From IMG/VR virus record IMGVR_UViG_3300036821_000216, positions 1-44,496 of that record: a stretch of 44,496 bases of DNA. One strand, written 5' to 3'. The stretch comes from a virus (lineage: Duplodnaviria; Caudoviricetes). This document shows, one piece after another, positions 1 to 9,443 of this stretch; position 1 is the stretch's first letter, and each line of letters starts with the position of its first letter. The position numbers were made by a program, and so were the translations under genes. The notes beneath the pieces were generated by a model, which did not search any database, was not told the origin of the DNA, and worked only from the letters and a program-made list of their open reading frames with translations.

Positions 1-1017
1 ATGCGTCCAGATGAAAACCAAGAAGATTTGACTCTCGCCGTTTATAAAGTTGGTGAAACTTTAGTTAATATAAAGATACATAATCAATCAAAAGATATTT
101 GGGTTACATCTCGCGATATAGCAGCATTATATGATGTCGATGAAACCAGTATAATCAGGCACATATCCAACATTTTCAATGATGGGGAACTTGATGAAAA
201 GTCAACTACTGCACTTTTTGCAGTAGTTCGAAGTGAGGGTTTACGCTCAGTTCGCAGAACAATCAACCATTTCAATATGGATGTCATCATTAGCGTTGGT
301 TTTAGAGTCAATGCTAAGAAGGCAATTGCTTTTCGCCAGTGGGGTTCGCAAATAGTTAAGACATACCTTGAACAAGGTTTTGTCATCAATGAAAAGGCTC
401 TCCGAGAATCTCCCGAAAAAGTAGACGAACTAGCGGCAAAAGTTCGCGCAATAAGGTCAGAAGAAAAACAGGTTTATGCTAAGGTTCGAGATTGCTTCAA
501 AATTAGTTCTTCAGACTACGACCCAAAGTCATCAGAAGTGCGCAGTTTTTACGCTCTTCTACAGGATAAATTTCATCATGCAATCACCGGCATGACTAGT
601 TCAAAACTCATATTAGATCGTGCTGACCACTCAGTAGAGAATATGGGGGTATTTTCCATGGAAGGTACATTCCCCACCAAAAAAGAAGTTCTCGCGGGCA
701 AAAACTATCTAAAGCCTGACGAGTTATATCGCCTACATCTTCTTTCTGAGCAATTCCTGTTATTCGCTGAATCCACAGCACTATCAGGGAAAACTATGAC
801 TATGAAGTCCCTGCACGCTCAATTGGATCGTCTGCTTACATTAAATGACTATGCTGTATTCTCCGGCTATACAGATTACATCAAGGATGAGGCACTAGAT
901 CATGCCAGCATAGAATTTGAACTTTATAAAAAGCGAAAGTATATCGAGAGTAAAGGCTACATTTTCGATGAAGAACTTTTCGCTCTTGGAGAGTTTGATC
1001 ACCTTTTTGAAGATTAA
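1..1017 (+). CDS. RhuM family protein (BRO-like N-terminal DNA-binding region)
   Basis: Motifs IWVTSRDIAALYDV, HISNIFNDGELD, DVIISVGFRV, FRQWG, IRSEEKQVY, NYLKPDEL typical of RhuM. Confidence 0.85.
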   Translation: MRPDENQEDLTLAVYKVGETLVNIKIHNQSKDIWVTSRDIAALYDVDETSIIRHISNIFNDGELDEKSTTALFAVVRSEGLRSVRRTINHFNMDVIISVGFRVNAKKAIAFRQWGSQIVKTYLEQGFVINEKALRESPEKVDELAAKVRAIRSEEKQVYAKVRDCFKISSSDYDPKSSEVRSFYALLQDKFHHAITGMTSSKLILDRADHSVENMGVFSMEGTFPTKKEVLAGKNYLKPDELYRLHLLSEQFLLFAESTALSGKTMTMKSLHAQLDRLLTLNDYAVFSGYTDYIKDEALDHASIEFELYKKRKYIESKGYIFDEELFALGEFDHLFED

Positions 1018-1018
1018 T

Positions 1019-1048
1019 CAAAAAAATCCCGGCTTTTAGCCGGGATTT
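1019..1048. terminator. Bidirectional intrinsic terminator between convergent genes
   Basis: A-run + ATCCCGGCT-ttt-AGCCGGGAT + TT. Confidence 0.8.
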
Positions 1049-1076
1049 ATATTAAGTAACCAACTTCATGTCGAAA

Positions 1077-1835
1077 TCATCTTGAGCGATTAGCAAGATT
1101 CGCCTGGTAAATATTTATGGCTTCATCGACTATAGCAATCGGATAGTAAGCATTCTGAGCTATGCCAGACGGGCATCTTATTTTTTCTGCTCCTTTTTCA
1201 CTTCTTAATTTTTCACACCAATGCCACAATTCATCTACTGCCAAGTTCGTTAATTCAAGCTCAAGAAGTCTTTGTGAAACAGTTCTAAACTTTGACAAAT
1301 CTCTGAGGCTTTCTAGCGAATTCACCTTAAGCTCAACCTCTTCTACACGAGCTTCAAGAACTTCTCGCCTTTCAATTTCCATCGCTAACAAACTAACTGT
1401 TTGTTGTAAACCATGTGCCAAAGCACTAATCTCTGACCGAGCTTTAACTATTGGCGGGGGATATGTTTTATATTCTCTTATAGATGGCAATACTTTATGA
1501 AAAAGCCATCTTTGAAATTTTTTACCAGCTGCAGTGGTATCCTGAGCCAAAACACGATACAACCCCGGTTCTGCGAGAAATGTTTCTGTAGATTCAACTC
1601 CGTCAATGATGAGTGGAACATTCTTGAATTCATCGCCATCTAAGGTCTTAATGACGGCATTTAACAGCGTAGTCATGCGAGCAGAAGGTTTACCATCAAT
1701 CTTGCGGTTTTCGGCCGAAAGCGTACGAACTACATCAGAGAGTGATACATACAGTTGACCATTTTCGTTCATGCTTCGAATGTAACTTTCGCCACATTCT
1801 CCTTCATAACAAAGCTGTAATAAGTTCTTTTCCAT
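1077..1835 (-). CDS. BRO-N domain protein with C-terminal coiled coil
   Basis: BRO-N motif FLAEPGLYRVL...AGKKFQRWLFHKVLPSIREY; heptad segment LEARVEEVELKVNSLE. Confidence 0.8.
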   Translation of the reverse strand: MEKNLLQLCYEGECGESYIRSMNENGQLYVSLSDVVRTLSAENRKIDGKPSARMTTLLNAVIKTLDGDEFKNVPLIIDGVESTETFLAEPGLYRVLAQDTTAAGKKFQRWLFHKVLPSIREYKTYPPPIVKARSEISALAHGLQQTVSLLAMEIERREVLEARVEEVELKVNSLESLRDLSKFRTVSQRLLELELTNLAVDELWHWCEKLRSEKGAEKIRCPSGIAQNAYYPIAIVDEAINIYQANLANRSR

Positions 1836-1858
1836 TTTAAGCCCTCGTTTTTTTTTCG

Positions 1859-1886
1859 ATTATACCTCACCCGAAAGTGTTGTCAT
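1859..1886 (-). promoter_or_regulatory. Putative sigma70 promoter of the BRO-N gene
   Basis: Minus strand ATGACA-16 nt-TATAAT, followed by GAGGG and ATG. Confidence 0.55.
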
Positions 1887-1949
1887 GAAATCCACGAGGG
1901 TTAAAACAAATGCAACCCGACCACCGAGCCGTTTGTGCCTGTCGAAAAG

Positions 1950-2333
1950 TTAAATGCATGGGGTGTCATCAAACACATCATTCCTGGCATCGTAGATGAT
2001 GTGTGTAACCACGCCCTCAATCACCAACTCGTCGTCAGTAAACGCATCACCAAACTCAATGAAAACGCTCGAATCGGCCAGCGACTCCAGCCCGTGACGC
2101 ATGATAGTCACCAGCCGCCATACATCCATATCACCATTGATTTGCGCCAGCAGCAGGTTACCATCGACCGGTTTTATGGCAGGATCGATAAGCAGCATTG
2201 TGCCGGAATTGATGTGCATTCCGTGGTATCGCTCTGCGATATACAGGCGGGAAGCAGGGCCTGTGCAGTTACAGACTTTGTTCAGATCAATACGCGTTTC
2301 GACGTAGTCACTGGCTGGTGATGGAAATCCCAT
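1950..2333 (-). CDS. UmuD'-like (S24 fold) protein, apparently pre-truncated and catalytically inactive
   Basis: Begins MGFPSPASDYVETRIDLN, matching UmuD just after its cleavage site; no GDSM serine motif, and VWRL in place of VKKL. Confidence 0.8.
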   Translation of the reverse strand: MGFPSPASDYVETRIDLNKVCNCTGPASRLYIAERYHGMHINSGTMLLIDPAIKPVDGNLLLAQINGDMDVWRLVTIMRHGLESLADSSVFIEFGDAFTDDELVIEGVVTHIIYDARNDVFDDTPCI

Positions 2334-2342
2334 GATATCTCC

Positions 2343-2582
2343 TTACTTTATGTAACCCATGTTTTTCAGGAAATAGCGCTTACTCTCCCCTTCTTGATCA
2401 GAATAATCACGGAAGAAACCCTGGTAGTGCGCTATCCATTCATTGGCTTCTTCAAGTGACCAGAAATGATTTACCTTCGCCAATTCCGCCACAAATCGCT
2501 CCGTTGTGACAACTTGCCCTTTCTTTGGATCCTGCGTGACACTGCTAATAAACGCACCTTTTATGTCAGAGTATCGTGGCAT
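2343..2582 (-). CDS. Small phage protein in the operon with the UmuD'-like gene
   Basis: 79-aa ORF with AAGGGG RBS, 9 bp upstream of the umuD'-like gene, directly downstream of the SOS box. Confidence 0.7.
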   Translation of the reverse strand: MPRYSDIKGAFISSVTQDPKKGQVVTTERFVAELAKVNHFWSLEEANEWIAHYQGFFRDYSDQEGESKRYFLKNMGYIK

Positions 2583-2597
2583 AAAAACCCCTTAAAA

Positions 2598-2617
2598 TAC
2601 TGTTCATACATACAGTA
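2598..2617. promoter_or_regulatory. LexA (SOS) box
   Basis: TACTGTTCATACATACAGTA fits TA-CTG-N10-CAG-TA. Confidence 0.9.
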
Positions 2618-2693
2618 TAGTCAAGAGGCTTTTACCTTGTGAAGGGCTTGATTAAGGGAAAACCTTAGACTACTGATCGATAAGGAAAGAAAG

Positions 2694-4154
2694 TTATGAA
2701 GTGGATTCTTTTGACATGGCGGCCAGATTTTCGGGGCCGATGTAGGCTTCCAACGCGGATACCTGTTCTGAAAGCTCTTTTATCGCCTGTACGGCTAAAG
2801 CAATCACACCAGAATATTCTACGGTATAGCTACGCTTTGAATCGTCTCTTTTCTTAATTAATTTGGTGACCTTTACAGTCTCAGTAATCATGGATTTAAC
2901 ACCATTGCCATCTTCAACTTCTTTTTGAACTTCTTCTTCCACCTCGCCATATTGGTCATTGTCCTCGAATACTGTCCCTATCGATTCTGGTAACACCTCC
3001 TTCAACTCCTGTGCAATAACGCCGGCAGATGGAGTACCGTCACCTTTCCAGATAAACGTAACCCCGCTGATGGCGTTGATTTTGTCCAGTGCATTCTCAA
3101 TTGGCGCAATGTTGTCTTTCTTGTCTCGATCGGACGTCTGAGTAAGGCTGACGCAACTGATATTTCCCTGCGTTGTCATATTGCCATTCTGACGAAATGC
3201 AAAATATTTTTGAGTCCCAGCCCCTGCGGCGGCTGTTGTATTGAAAACAATATCTCCATAGTTTTCGGTAAACATCACCGCCATATTCGCATTTAATGTG
3301 CCAGGATGACGAAATGCTATCTCTCCATAACCGGTCGTACTTGTTATGTTATAAATCGCGCCGTCTATTTGGGTTGGGCCGGTAATCCTTCCACCACCTG
3401 TATAAAATGCCCCTAAATTTGTTCTGGCCGCCGCCGCTGTTGGGGCACCAGTTCCACCATTTGCCAAGGGTATTACATCGCTTCCATTGAACATAGGCTG
3501 CCACGCTGTCCATGTCGCCACTCCAGATGTTACGGATCCAGTCCTTATGAAGTGTTTATTCGAAGTAGCAGTAGACGTTCCTACACTATGGAAAATTTGG
3601 ACCATCTGGCTATTGCCATATCGATTGTAATGCTCAAGGACGCCGGTAACAGCTATGGGCACATTAGTTGCTGTCGCTGTAGGAGAATATATTCCGTTTG
3701 CAGTTATTGTATTGGCATCCCCAGAAAAAAATGCGGCCTGGGAAGAAAGCGTATTGTTTGCTAAATAGTTCCAGGACGGTCCCGTATAAGTTGAGCCGTC
3801 AGGTAGGGTCACGGTGATATTCCCCGTTCCACTGAATACCTGCTGCCAGTTGGCCTTATCCAGATTCAAACCGCGGATAGCCCTTGCAGTGTCAGCGGCC
3901 ACCTGCGCGGTGATACCTACCAATGTTGCATTCGGTACCACAGTCCATGCATTACCTGTCGCGGTAGGTCCACCATAAGCAGTGACCAGAGTTAATGCAG
4001 TAGCTGAGGTTATTGCTTTGACACCCAGCGTGTACGTCACGCCGCCGACAATAACGACCACGAAATCACCCGCTTTTAAATCGGTAGTGAATGCTGTTCC
4101 GGTACCGGTCACATTTGCTGAATTGTTGGTTAATGCGATTGTGCCTGCTGACAT
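2694..4154 (-). CDS. Side tail fibre with knob domain and C-terminal intramolecular chaperone (peptidase S74)
   Basis: N-terminal MSAGTIALTNNS anchor; ANGGTGAPTAAAARTNLG repeat; SDRDKKDNI...GVIAQE chaperone motif. Confidence 0.9.
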   Translation of the reverse strand: MSAGTIALTNNSANVTGTGTAFTTDLKAGDFVVVIVGGVTYTLGVKAITSATALTLVTAYGGPTATGNAWTVVPNATLVGITAQVAADTARAIRGLNLDKANWQQVFSGTGNITVTLPDGSTYTGPSWNYLANNTLSSQAAFFSGDANTITANGIYSPTATATNVPIAVTGVLEHYNRYGNSQMVQIFHSVGTSTATSNKHFIRTGSVTSGVATWTAWQPMFNGSDVIPLANGGTGAPTAAAARTNLGAFYTGGGRITGPTQIDGAIYNITSTTGYGEIAFRHPGTLNANMAVMFTENYGDIVFNTTAAAGAGTQKYFAFRQNGNMTTQGNISCVSLTQTSDRDKKDNIAPIENALDKINAISGVTFIWKGDGTPSAGVIAQELKEVLPESIGTVFEDNDQYGEVEEEVQKEVEDGNGVKSMITETVKVTKLIKKRDDSKRSYTVEYSGVIALAVQAIKELSEQVSALEAYIGPENLAAMSKESTS

Positions 4155-4170
4155 GCTTTTCTCCGGGTAT

Positions 4171-4194
4171 AAAAAAACCCGCCGAAGCGGGTTT
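4171..4194 (-). terminator. Intrinsic terminator after cor
   Basis: AAACCCGC-cgaa-GCGGGTTT with T-run on the minus strand. Confidence 0.8.
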
Positions 4195-4209
4195 ATCTGA
4201 ATAGTGGGG

Positions 4210-4446
4210 TTATTTATCGCACGTTGTGCTGATGAAATTCGTCTTACTTACCCAGCGCCAGCCGAATGGGTCACCTGCTTTGTACTGGGTTTGGCTGGCT
4301 ACCTTACGAACGCCATAAATCTGCACACTGGTTTCCTGCCCTGCGACAAGCGCAACGCCTGCACAAACGGGCTCCTGCTTTTCAAGCATTCCTGAACAAC
4401 CGGAAACCATCAAAGCAATGGCAAGAACCATTAAAATATTCTTCAT
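4210..4446 (-). CDS. cor: Cor superinfection-exclusion lipoprotein
   Basis: Lipobox VSGC; PVCAG...VQIYGVRK...TQYKAG.PFGWRWVSK.NF..TTC pattern; located between tail tip and fibre genes. Confidence 0.85.
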   Translation of the reverse strand: MKNILMVLAIALMVSGCSGMLEKQEPVCAGVALVAGQETSVQIYGVRKVASQTQYKAGDPFGWRWVSKTNFISTTCDK

Positions 4447-4569
4447 GTTTATGTCCCTATCAACGTAGATAAAAGACATTAACAATGAATATTGTGCGGG
4501 GATAATTGGTTATATAGATCAATATATTGATATTGATCGTTTATAACGATCGTTCTCGTTATTTATTGA

Positions 4570-5238
4570 TTAATAACGTGAAACATCAATCGCGAATATC
4601 TGATCGCGTGAGTTTGAATAGCCGACATTGTGTAGCTCTTCACCAGGCGCATCGCGCTGACCGGCCCTGATGCGAGTAGAAGAACCGTCGTAGTATGCTG
4701 AAGTATCAATGGGAGAAGACCACGGGCGTGGCTGGGTGGTGCCCATTACGCCCACCACAACACCCACCACTCTGGGCAACACGGCCCATTTTCCACTAAC
4801 AGTTTTATCAACCAAATACCCGATGTCGGTTGTGGAGCCTATGGTCCCGTACCCAACCAGTGGATTCATCACCTTAGTTTCATTGGTCAAAATGCACTGC
4901 CCCGCAGCATTCCAGATGGCAACTCCCCATTTAGGCAGCGGTTGCGGTATGACGTATCCAAAAATGTAAATGGTGACAGTTCCCGGACTGCCGCCCGTCC
5001 CCGCCACCTTATAATTTAGGGTATAAGTGGAATCGACCTTTCTAATATAGAACAGCACATTACCCACTGTTGCATGGCAGCCGATTATGAAAGGTGACGA
5101 AGAATTTACCGGAAGAGTGTATGAACCGGCTGCAGAAGGGTTCAAAACTATTTTCTGTACCAGAGACATTGGCGTCGTATCAGGTGTTACCCACGGATTA
5201 CCATACTGATCTGAAATTAACGCTCCCCAATTTGCCAT
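4570..5238 (-). CDS. Tail-tip accessory protein
   Basis: WG.AIWNAAGQCILTNE motif; TAATG-coupled to the upstream gene; synteny after J. Confidence 0.65.
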   Translation of the reverse strand: MANWGALISDQYGNPWVTPDTTPMSLVQKIVLNPSAAGSYTLPVNSSSPFIIGCHATVGNVLFYIRKVDSTYTLNYKVAGTGGSPGTVTIYIFGYVIPQPLPKWGVAIWNAAGQCILTNETKVMNPLVGYGTIGSTTDIGYLVDKTVSGKWAVLPRVVGVVVGVMGTTQPRPWSSPIDTSAYYDGSSTRIRAGQRDAPGEELHNVGYSNSRDQIFAIDVSRY

Positions 5239-5552
5239 TATGCTTTTACCAAATAAATGATTAACCAACATTCATCAGCGGTATATGTCCCGGCTGAGTA
5301 GTCGCCATTCGCATCACTGATCGATATCGTTCCGCCTGACCCCGTAATTTTCCGGCGTGACCCGGAATAAGCATCTCCTGTTATTGGGGACTGGATTGCT
5401 TCAACACGAAACCCTGACGGGACGGTATAGGAGTACGTGCCGGAAACCTGCCCGGCACTTAAATACACGGTTGCCACAACCAACACCGGCACGATACCGG
5501 TGTTATTAGGACTGCCGCTTGCATCCCACGTTTGGATCCCCCAGTTAGCCAT
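5238..5552 (-). CDS. Small tail-tip accessory protein
   Basis: MANWGIQTWDASG start, coupled to the J stop codon. Confidence 0.65.
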   Translation of the reverse strand: MANWGIQTWDASGSPNNTGIVPVLVVATVYLSAGQVSGTYSYTVPSGFRVEAIQSPITGDAYSGSRRKITGSGGTISISDANGDYSAGTYTADECWLIIYLVKA

Positions 5553-8500
5553 TACCAGACCCCCGTAATTAGACCGACTTGCACGCGAAGCACTCCGTTA
5601 TCATCCCTGGTGCTGATCGTGGTATTCGTCTGTTTCATTGCGCCAGCGCCGCCAGCGTTCCCAAGGTTGATAAACGTACCTGATTTACTTAATTGCCAGC
5701 CCTGCGTTGAACCGTCAAAGTTATTCGACTGAATGAAGTTGCCGATCTTCGCATTGGTAATCGTCCCGTCCTGGATAAAGGCATCGCTTATAAACACCTG
5801 CCCGTTAACCACGGCGAAGGGTGAATACTGCGTATCCCCAGAACCTGACATCAGCACAAACTGATTCGCATTAAAGCCAACACGCGTCACTACCGGCTGA
5901 CCAGCCTGCGCCAGCACGGCAATCGACATCCCGGCGTTGTACATGACGCCACCGATCCGCACGCCTGTTTTCAGGGTGTAAATTGCTGAAGCACCACTGG
6001 CATCAACCACGGCCGTTAGTTTGTCCTCGAGCGCCGCGGTCACGTCACCAATCTGCGCCTGCACCTGAGTCGTCAGATCCGCCATCGCCTGATCGACATC
6101 AGCGATAGTCGTTTTCACCGTCAAAATATCAGCGCGCACCTCACCGTTCTGGGCGAACTGGTGATCAACGGTTGAGTTGAGATTCAGAGCATTTTGCAGA
6201 ATGGCATCAATGTTGGTTTCAATGTCACTCGTCAGTCGGTCACCGTCGGCAGAGTTCAGGAAGTCATCAGCGATATCGCCGAGATAATCATCGGCATTAT
6301 CGTTCACCATCCCTCTGATCCAGTCGGTATATCCTGACTCATTACCGGTTTTATCCACCAGCTGAGCACGGTACCAGAATATCTGACCAGCCCTTAACCC
6401 CAGCTGTGTATAAATCGCCTGCGGATAGGGGACATCAGACAACAGCAGCGGATTAGACTGATCAGAATTCGGCGTGTACTGAATCTCTGTTTTCAGCGTG
6501 TCCGAAGTGTTTTCCGGGAAGCCCCAGTTCAGTTGAATACCCCAGTTGATGCCTGTGGCCGTGAAACCTACCGGCTTCGGAGGATTACCCTCTTTACCAG
6601 TAAGCGTAACCTCAACCGAATAACCCCACCCGCTTGATATTTCCGCTGCATTGATAGCTCGCACGCGCACCAGATAGCGGCCAGCGTAGATGCCTGGCAC
6701 TTCGAATGACGTGGTAGAGCTTCGCGGTACGTTTACCCAATTGCCGTCGTTGCGTCGCCATTGGGCCTCATACGCGATAGCGTTCGCCGTCGTATCCCAT
6801 GTGGCTCGCATTGTCTGAACGTTGATACCCTGGTTGACGACAGAGTAAGAGCTGATGTGGATATTGGCAGGTGCAAACTGACTACCCGGCGGGATAACGC
6901 TGATTGGTCGCTGATCGATTACTGCACCAGTGTCGATACGTGCAAATTTATCAGGATCATGCAAAACACCTGTGATGCTGTAAGTTCCATCGTCATTCTC
7001 TGCGGTAGTAGTAATTCGGTATTGCTGAGCGTAAAGATCGGAAGACTCAACAACCCAAACGCTTTCAGCTTCAGGTATCTGGGAATAGGATGTGCTGACG
7101 GTGACTATATTATCGTTAACGGCCTGAATCGTTCGGCTCTGAGAAATACCGGTCGGTAAGTTAAGCTGCAACCTGTCGCCAGCCTTTGCATCTGGTGCCC
7201 TGTCCAAGGTAACAACCCGGCCCGATACGGAACTGATTCGCCCTCCAGCCACCCTGCCGGACAAGTTTTCGTCTGCAATGGAGATGACATAGCCTGGCAG
7301 AGGAATATCACCATCAAGTCCTACAGAGAAGTTAACGACACGATCGCTGTTATTGGTGAGGATACCCCAGCGACCTTTTCGATTTGCTTCTGACTGTCTG
7401 GTACAGCCAATGGCGGTTACTTCGAGCTGGTTGAAAACCTTATAACGGGTGACTAACGTCTGCTCAAATACTGGTTCCATCGCGTCTGCATAAGCATTAT
7501 CAGGATCTGACCATGAGACGAGCGCAGAGGTATAACGCGTTTTTGACGTGCTGCTTGAGTAAGTAAAGAGCCCATCGACAACGTTGGCGTTCGTGAAATT
7601 GTAATCCACGTCACGCGGCATATCCGCAAGGGCAAAAATCTGATCTCCACCCCAGTATGTCATACCCCTAAATATGGCTGCGAAATCTCTCAGTACCGTA
7701 TAAGCATCGTTTCTGTTCTGCACGTAAACGTTGCATAGATAGCGTGGTTCCGTACCCGCACCGCCTTTGCCATCAGGGACCAACTGATCGCAATACTGCG
7801 CAACCTGATAGAGAGTCCATTTGTCGATATTGGCAGCCGTTAGGCGATCACCCAATCCAAACCGGTCTGATACAACGATGTCATAAAATATCCATGCTGG
7901 ATTATCAGTCCAGGCCCACTTGAAATTCCCCTGCCAGGTTCCTGAATAGGTTCGTGTGATAGGGTCGTAGTTATCAGGTATGCGGACGACGCGCATTTTT
8001 GCATCAACTGCAACCTGCGGAATTGATCCGTTGAATTGACTGGAGTCAAACTCGATATACAGTAACGCGGTGTTGGGATATCGAAGCTTGGCGTCGATAA
8101 CTTCGGTATAGCTTTGCAGCGTCATCGTATCGCCGATTTTGGCGCTGTTGGCGTCCTGAGTTATCTTCCGCAGACGCAGCGTCCATGTACTACCAGATTG
8201 AGGTAAATCAATGCGGTGGCTTCGCTCATATCCCGTAGTGGTTTTACCGGTTACAGAGGTGTTTACAACGGTCTGCCACGTGCCACCATCTGTCTGCAAA
8301 TCTATGGCGTAGTTGATGCTATAACCAACCAGATCTCCATTATCTTGCTGTCTGAAAATTGACGGCCATTTGAGACGAAGTCTGACAGCGGACAGTTGAG
8401 AGTTAGAGAATGTCCGCGTCCAAGCGGTCGCGCTGCTGACTTCAGTACCGACATTGATTTCATTATTGGCGCCTGGCAGCCCTTGAATATAAGTTTGAGC

Positions 8501-8743
8501 CTGAGTACCAGGGCGAAACTCCCACGCCACGCCGCTAAAGTTACTGGACCCGTCGGTATTGAGTAGAGCCGTTCCATCTAAATAAATATTCTGACCAGTT
8601 AAATCTCCAGCCCATTCACCTTCGCCAAGGGCAATTAAGACTTTCGCTTTCGCAATTGACTGAAGGTCATCTGGTTGTTCTACAGGCGTGCGGGATGAAG
8701 AGCTGCCGCCTTTGCGGCCTCTGATTGCGGTAGCTGTTGCCAT
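5552..8743 (-). CDS. J: Tail tip / central fibre protein J
   Basis: About 1060 aa; LRYPNTAL, WTDNPAW and GCTRQSEANRKGRW motifs; FN3-like repeats. Confidence 0.93.
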   Translation of the reverse strand: MATATAIRGRKGGSSSSRTPVEQPDDLQSIAKAKVLIALGEGEWAGDLTGQNIYLDGTALLNTDGSSNFSGVAWEFRPGTQAQTYIQGLPGANNEINVGTEVSSATAWTRTFSNSQLSAVRLRLKWPSIFRQQDNGDLVGYSINYAIDLQTDGGTWQTVVNTSVTGKTTTGYERSHRIDLPQSGSTWTLRLRKITQDANSAKIGDTMTLQSYTEVIDAKLRYPNTALLYIEFDSSQFNGSIPQVAVDAKMRVVRIPDNYDPITRTYSGTWQGNFKWAWTDNPAWIFYDIVVSDRFGLGDRLTAANIDKWTLYQVAQYCDQLVPDGKGGAGTEPRYLCNVYVQNRNDAYTVLRDFAAIFRGMTYWGGDQIFALADMPRDVDYNFTNANVVDGLFTYSSSTSKTRYTSALVSWSDPDNAYADAMEPVFEQTLVTRYKVFNQLEVTAIGCTRQSEANRKGRWGILTNNSDRVVNFSVGLDGDIPLPGYVISIADENLSGRVAGGRISSVSGRVVTLDRAPDAKAGDRLQLNLPTGISQSRTIQAVNDNIVTVSTSYSQIPEAESVWVVESSDLYAQQYRITTTAENDDGTYSITGVLHDPDKFARIDTGAVIDQRPISVIPPGSQFAPANIHISSYSVVNQGINVQTMRATWDTTANAIAYEAQWRRNDGNWVNVPRSSTTSFEVPGIYAGRYLVRVRAINAAEISSGWGYSVEVTLTGKEGNPPKPVGFTATGINWGIQLNWGFPENTSDTLKTEIQYTPNSDQSNPLLLSDVPYPQAIYTQLGLRAGQIFWYRAQLVDKTGNESGYTDWIRGMVNDNADDYLGDIADDFLNSADGDRLTSDIETNIDAILQNALNLNSTVDHQFAQNGEVRADILTVKTTIADVDQAMADLTTQVQAQIGDVTAALEDKLTAVVDASGASAIYTLKTGVRIGGVMYNAGMSIAVLAQAGQPVVTRVGFNANQFVLMSGSGDTQYSPFAVVNGQVFISDAFIQDGTITNAKIGNFIQSNNFDGSTQGWQLSKSGTFINLGNAGGAGAMKQTNTTISTRDDNGVLRVQVGLITGVW

Positions 8744-8754
8744 ATTAAACCCAT

Positions 8755-8780
8755 AAAAAAAGGCCACCGAATGGTGACCT
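8755..8780 (-). terminator. Intrinsic terminator between I and J
   Basis: Minus strand AGGTCACCA-tt-CGGTGGCCT followed by T-run. Confidence 0.65.
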
Positions 8781-8798
8781 TAAAGTAATTGGTGGGGG

Positions 8799-9389
8799 TT
8801 ACTGCTGATCTTCAACGTATATGCCCGCTGATATGATCGCGCCACCCACACGACGGCGGCCATAACCAAGAGGAACCGGATAGCCCTGTGAGGCGGTGTT
8901 AGTCACTCCGCCGAACGCATAGGAAGCTTGGTTCGCTGAGTCTTCTTTACTGGCGAGGCCGGAAGCCTGGGGGGATAGCAACTGGATCACCCCGCCCAAA
9001 GCCATTGATGCCCCCATTGCATAAAGGAATGGCGACGCTGCAGCTAATGGCGTGAACGACGCTACAAACGCCGCCGCTATGAGAACCGCTCCAAGTATGG
9101 TTTGAAATAGCCCGGCTTTTTTACTTCCGATAATTATAGGAACTATTCTAATGACCTCGCCCGTCACCGGATAACCTAAGTCATCTTCTCCTATATTTTC
9201 TTTTCCACGAAATACAGCGTAGGTAATTCCTCTTGCTTTACTGCTATTGAGGTAGCGCTCGAAATCATTAATCGTACAGCACAGAGCTTTAATTGCTTCT
9301 TTGGTTGTTTTAACTGCTCGCTGATGTCTCTTCCCAAATATTTTACCTAAAGAACCACCTAATAAAATTTGAGTCATCTCTTCGTTCAT
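8799..9389 (-). CDS. I: Tail assembly protein I
   Basis: IRIVPIIIGSKKAGLFQTILG; NTASQGYPVPLGYG; GGAIISAGI. Confidence 0.9.
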   Translation of the reverse strand: MNEEMTQILLGGSLGKIFGKRHQRAVKTTKEAIKALCCTINDFERYLNSSKARGITYAVFRGKENIGEDDLGYPVTGEVIRIVPIIIGSKKAGLFQTILGAVLIAAAFVASFTPLAAASPFLYAMGASMALGGVIQLLSPQASGLASKEDSANQASYAFGGVTNTASQGYPVPLGYGRRRVGGAIISAGIYVEDQQ

Positions 9390-9403
9390 TTTTATCACCA
9401 AAG

Positions 9404-9425
9404 AAAAAGCCACCCTAAGGTGGCC
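9404..9425 (-). terminator. Terminator after the lipoprotein moron
   Basis: GCCACC-ctaa-GGTGGC hairpin with T-run on the minus strand. Confidence 0.7.
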
Positions 9426-9443
9426 TATATTTTATATCGTTCG

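Noticed and set aside
2694-4154. Tail-fibre diversification by invertase or DGR
   Set aside because: No invertase, reverse transcriptase, inverted fibre cassette or template repeat seen in the window
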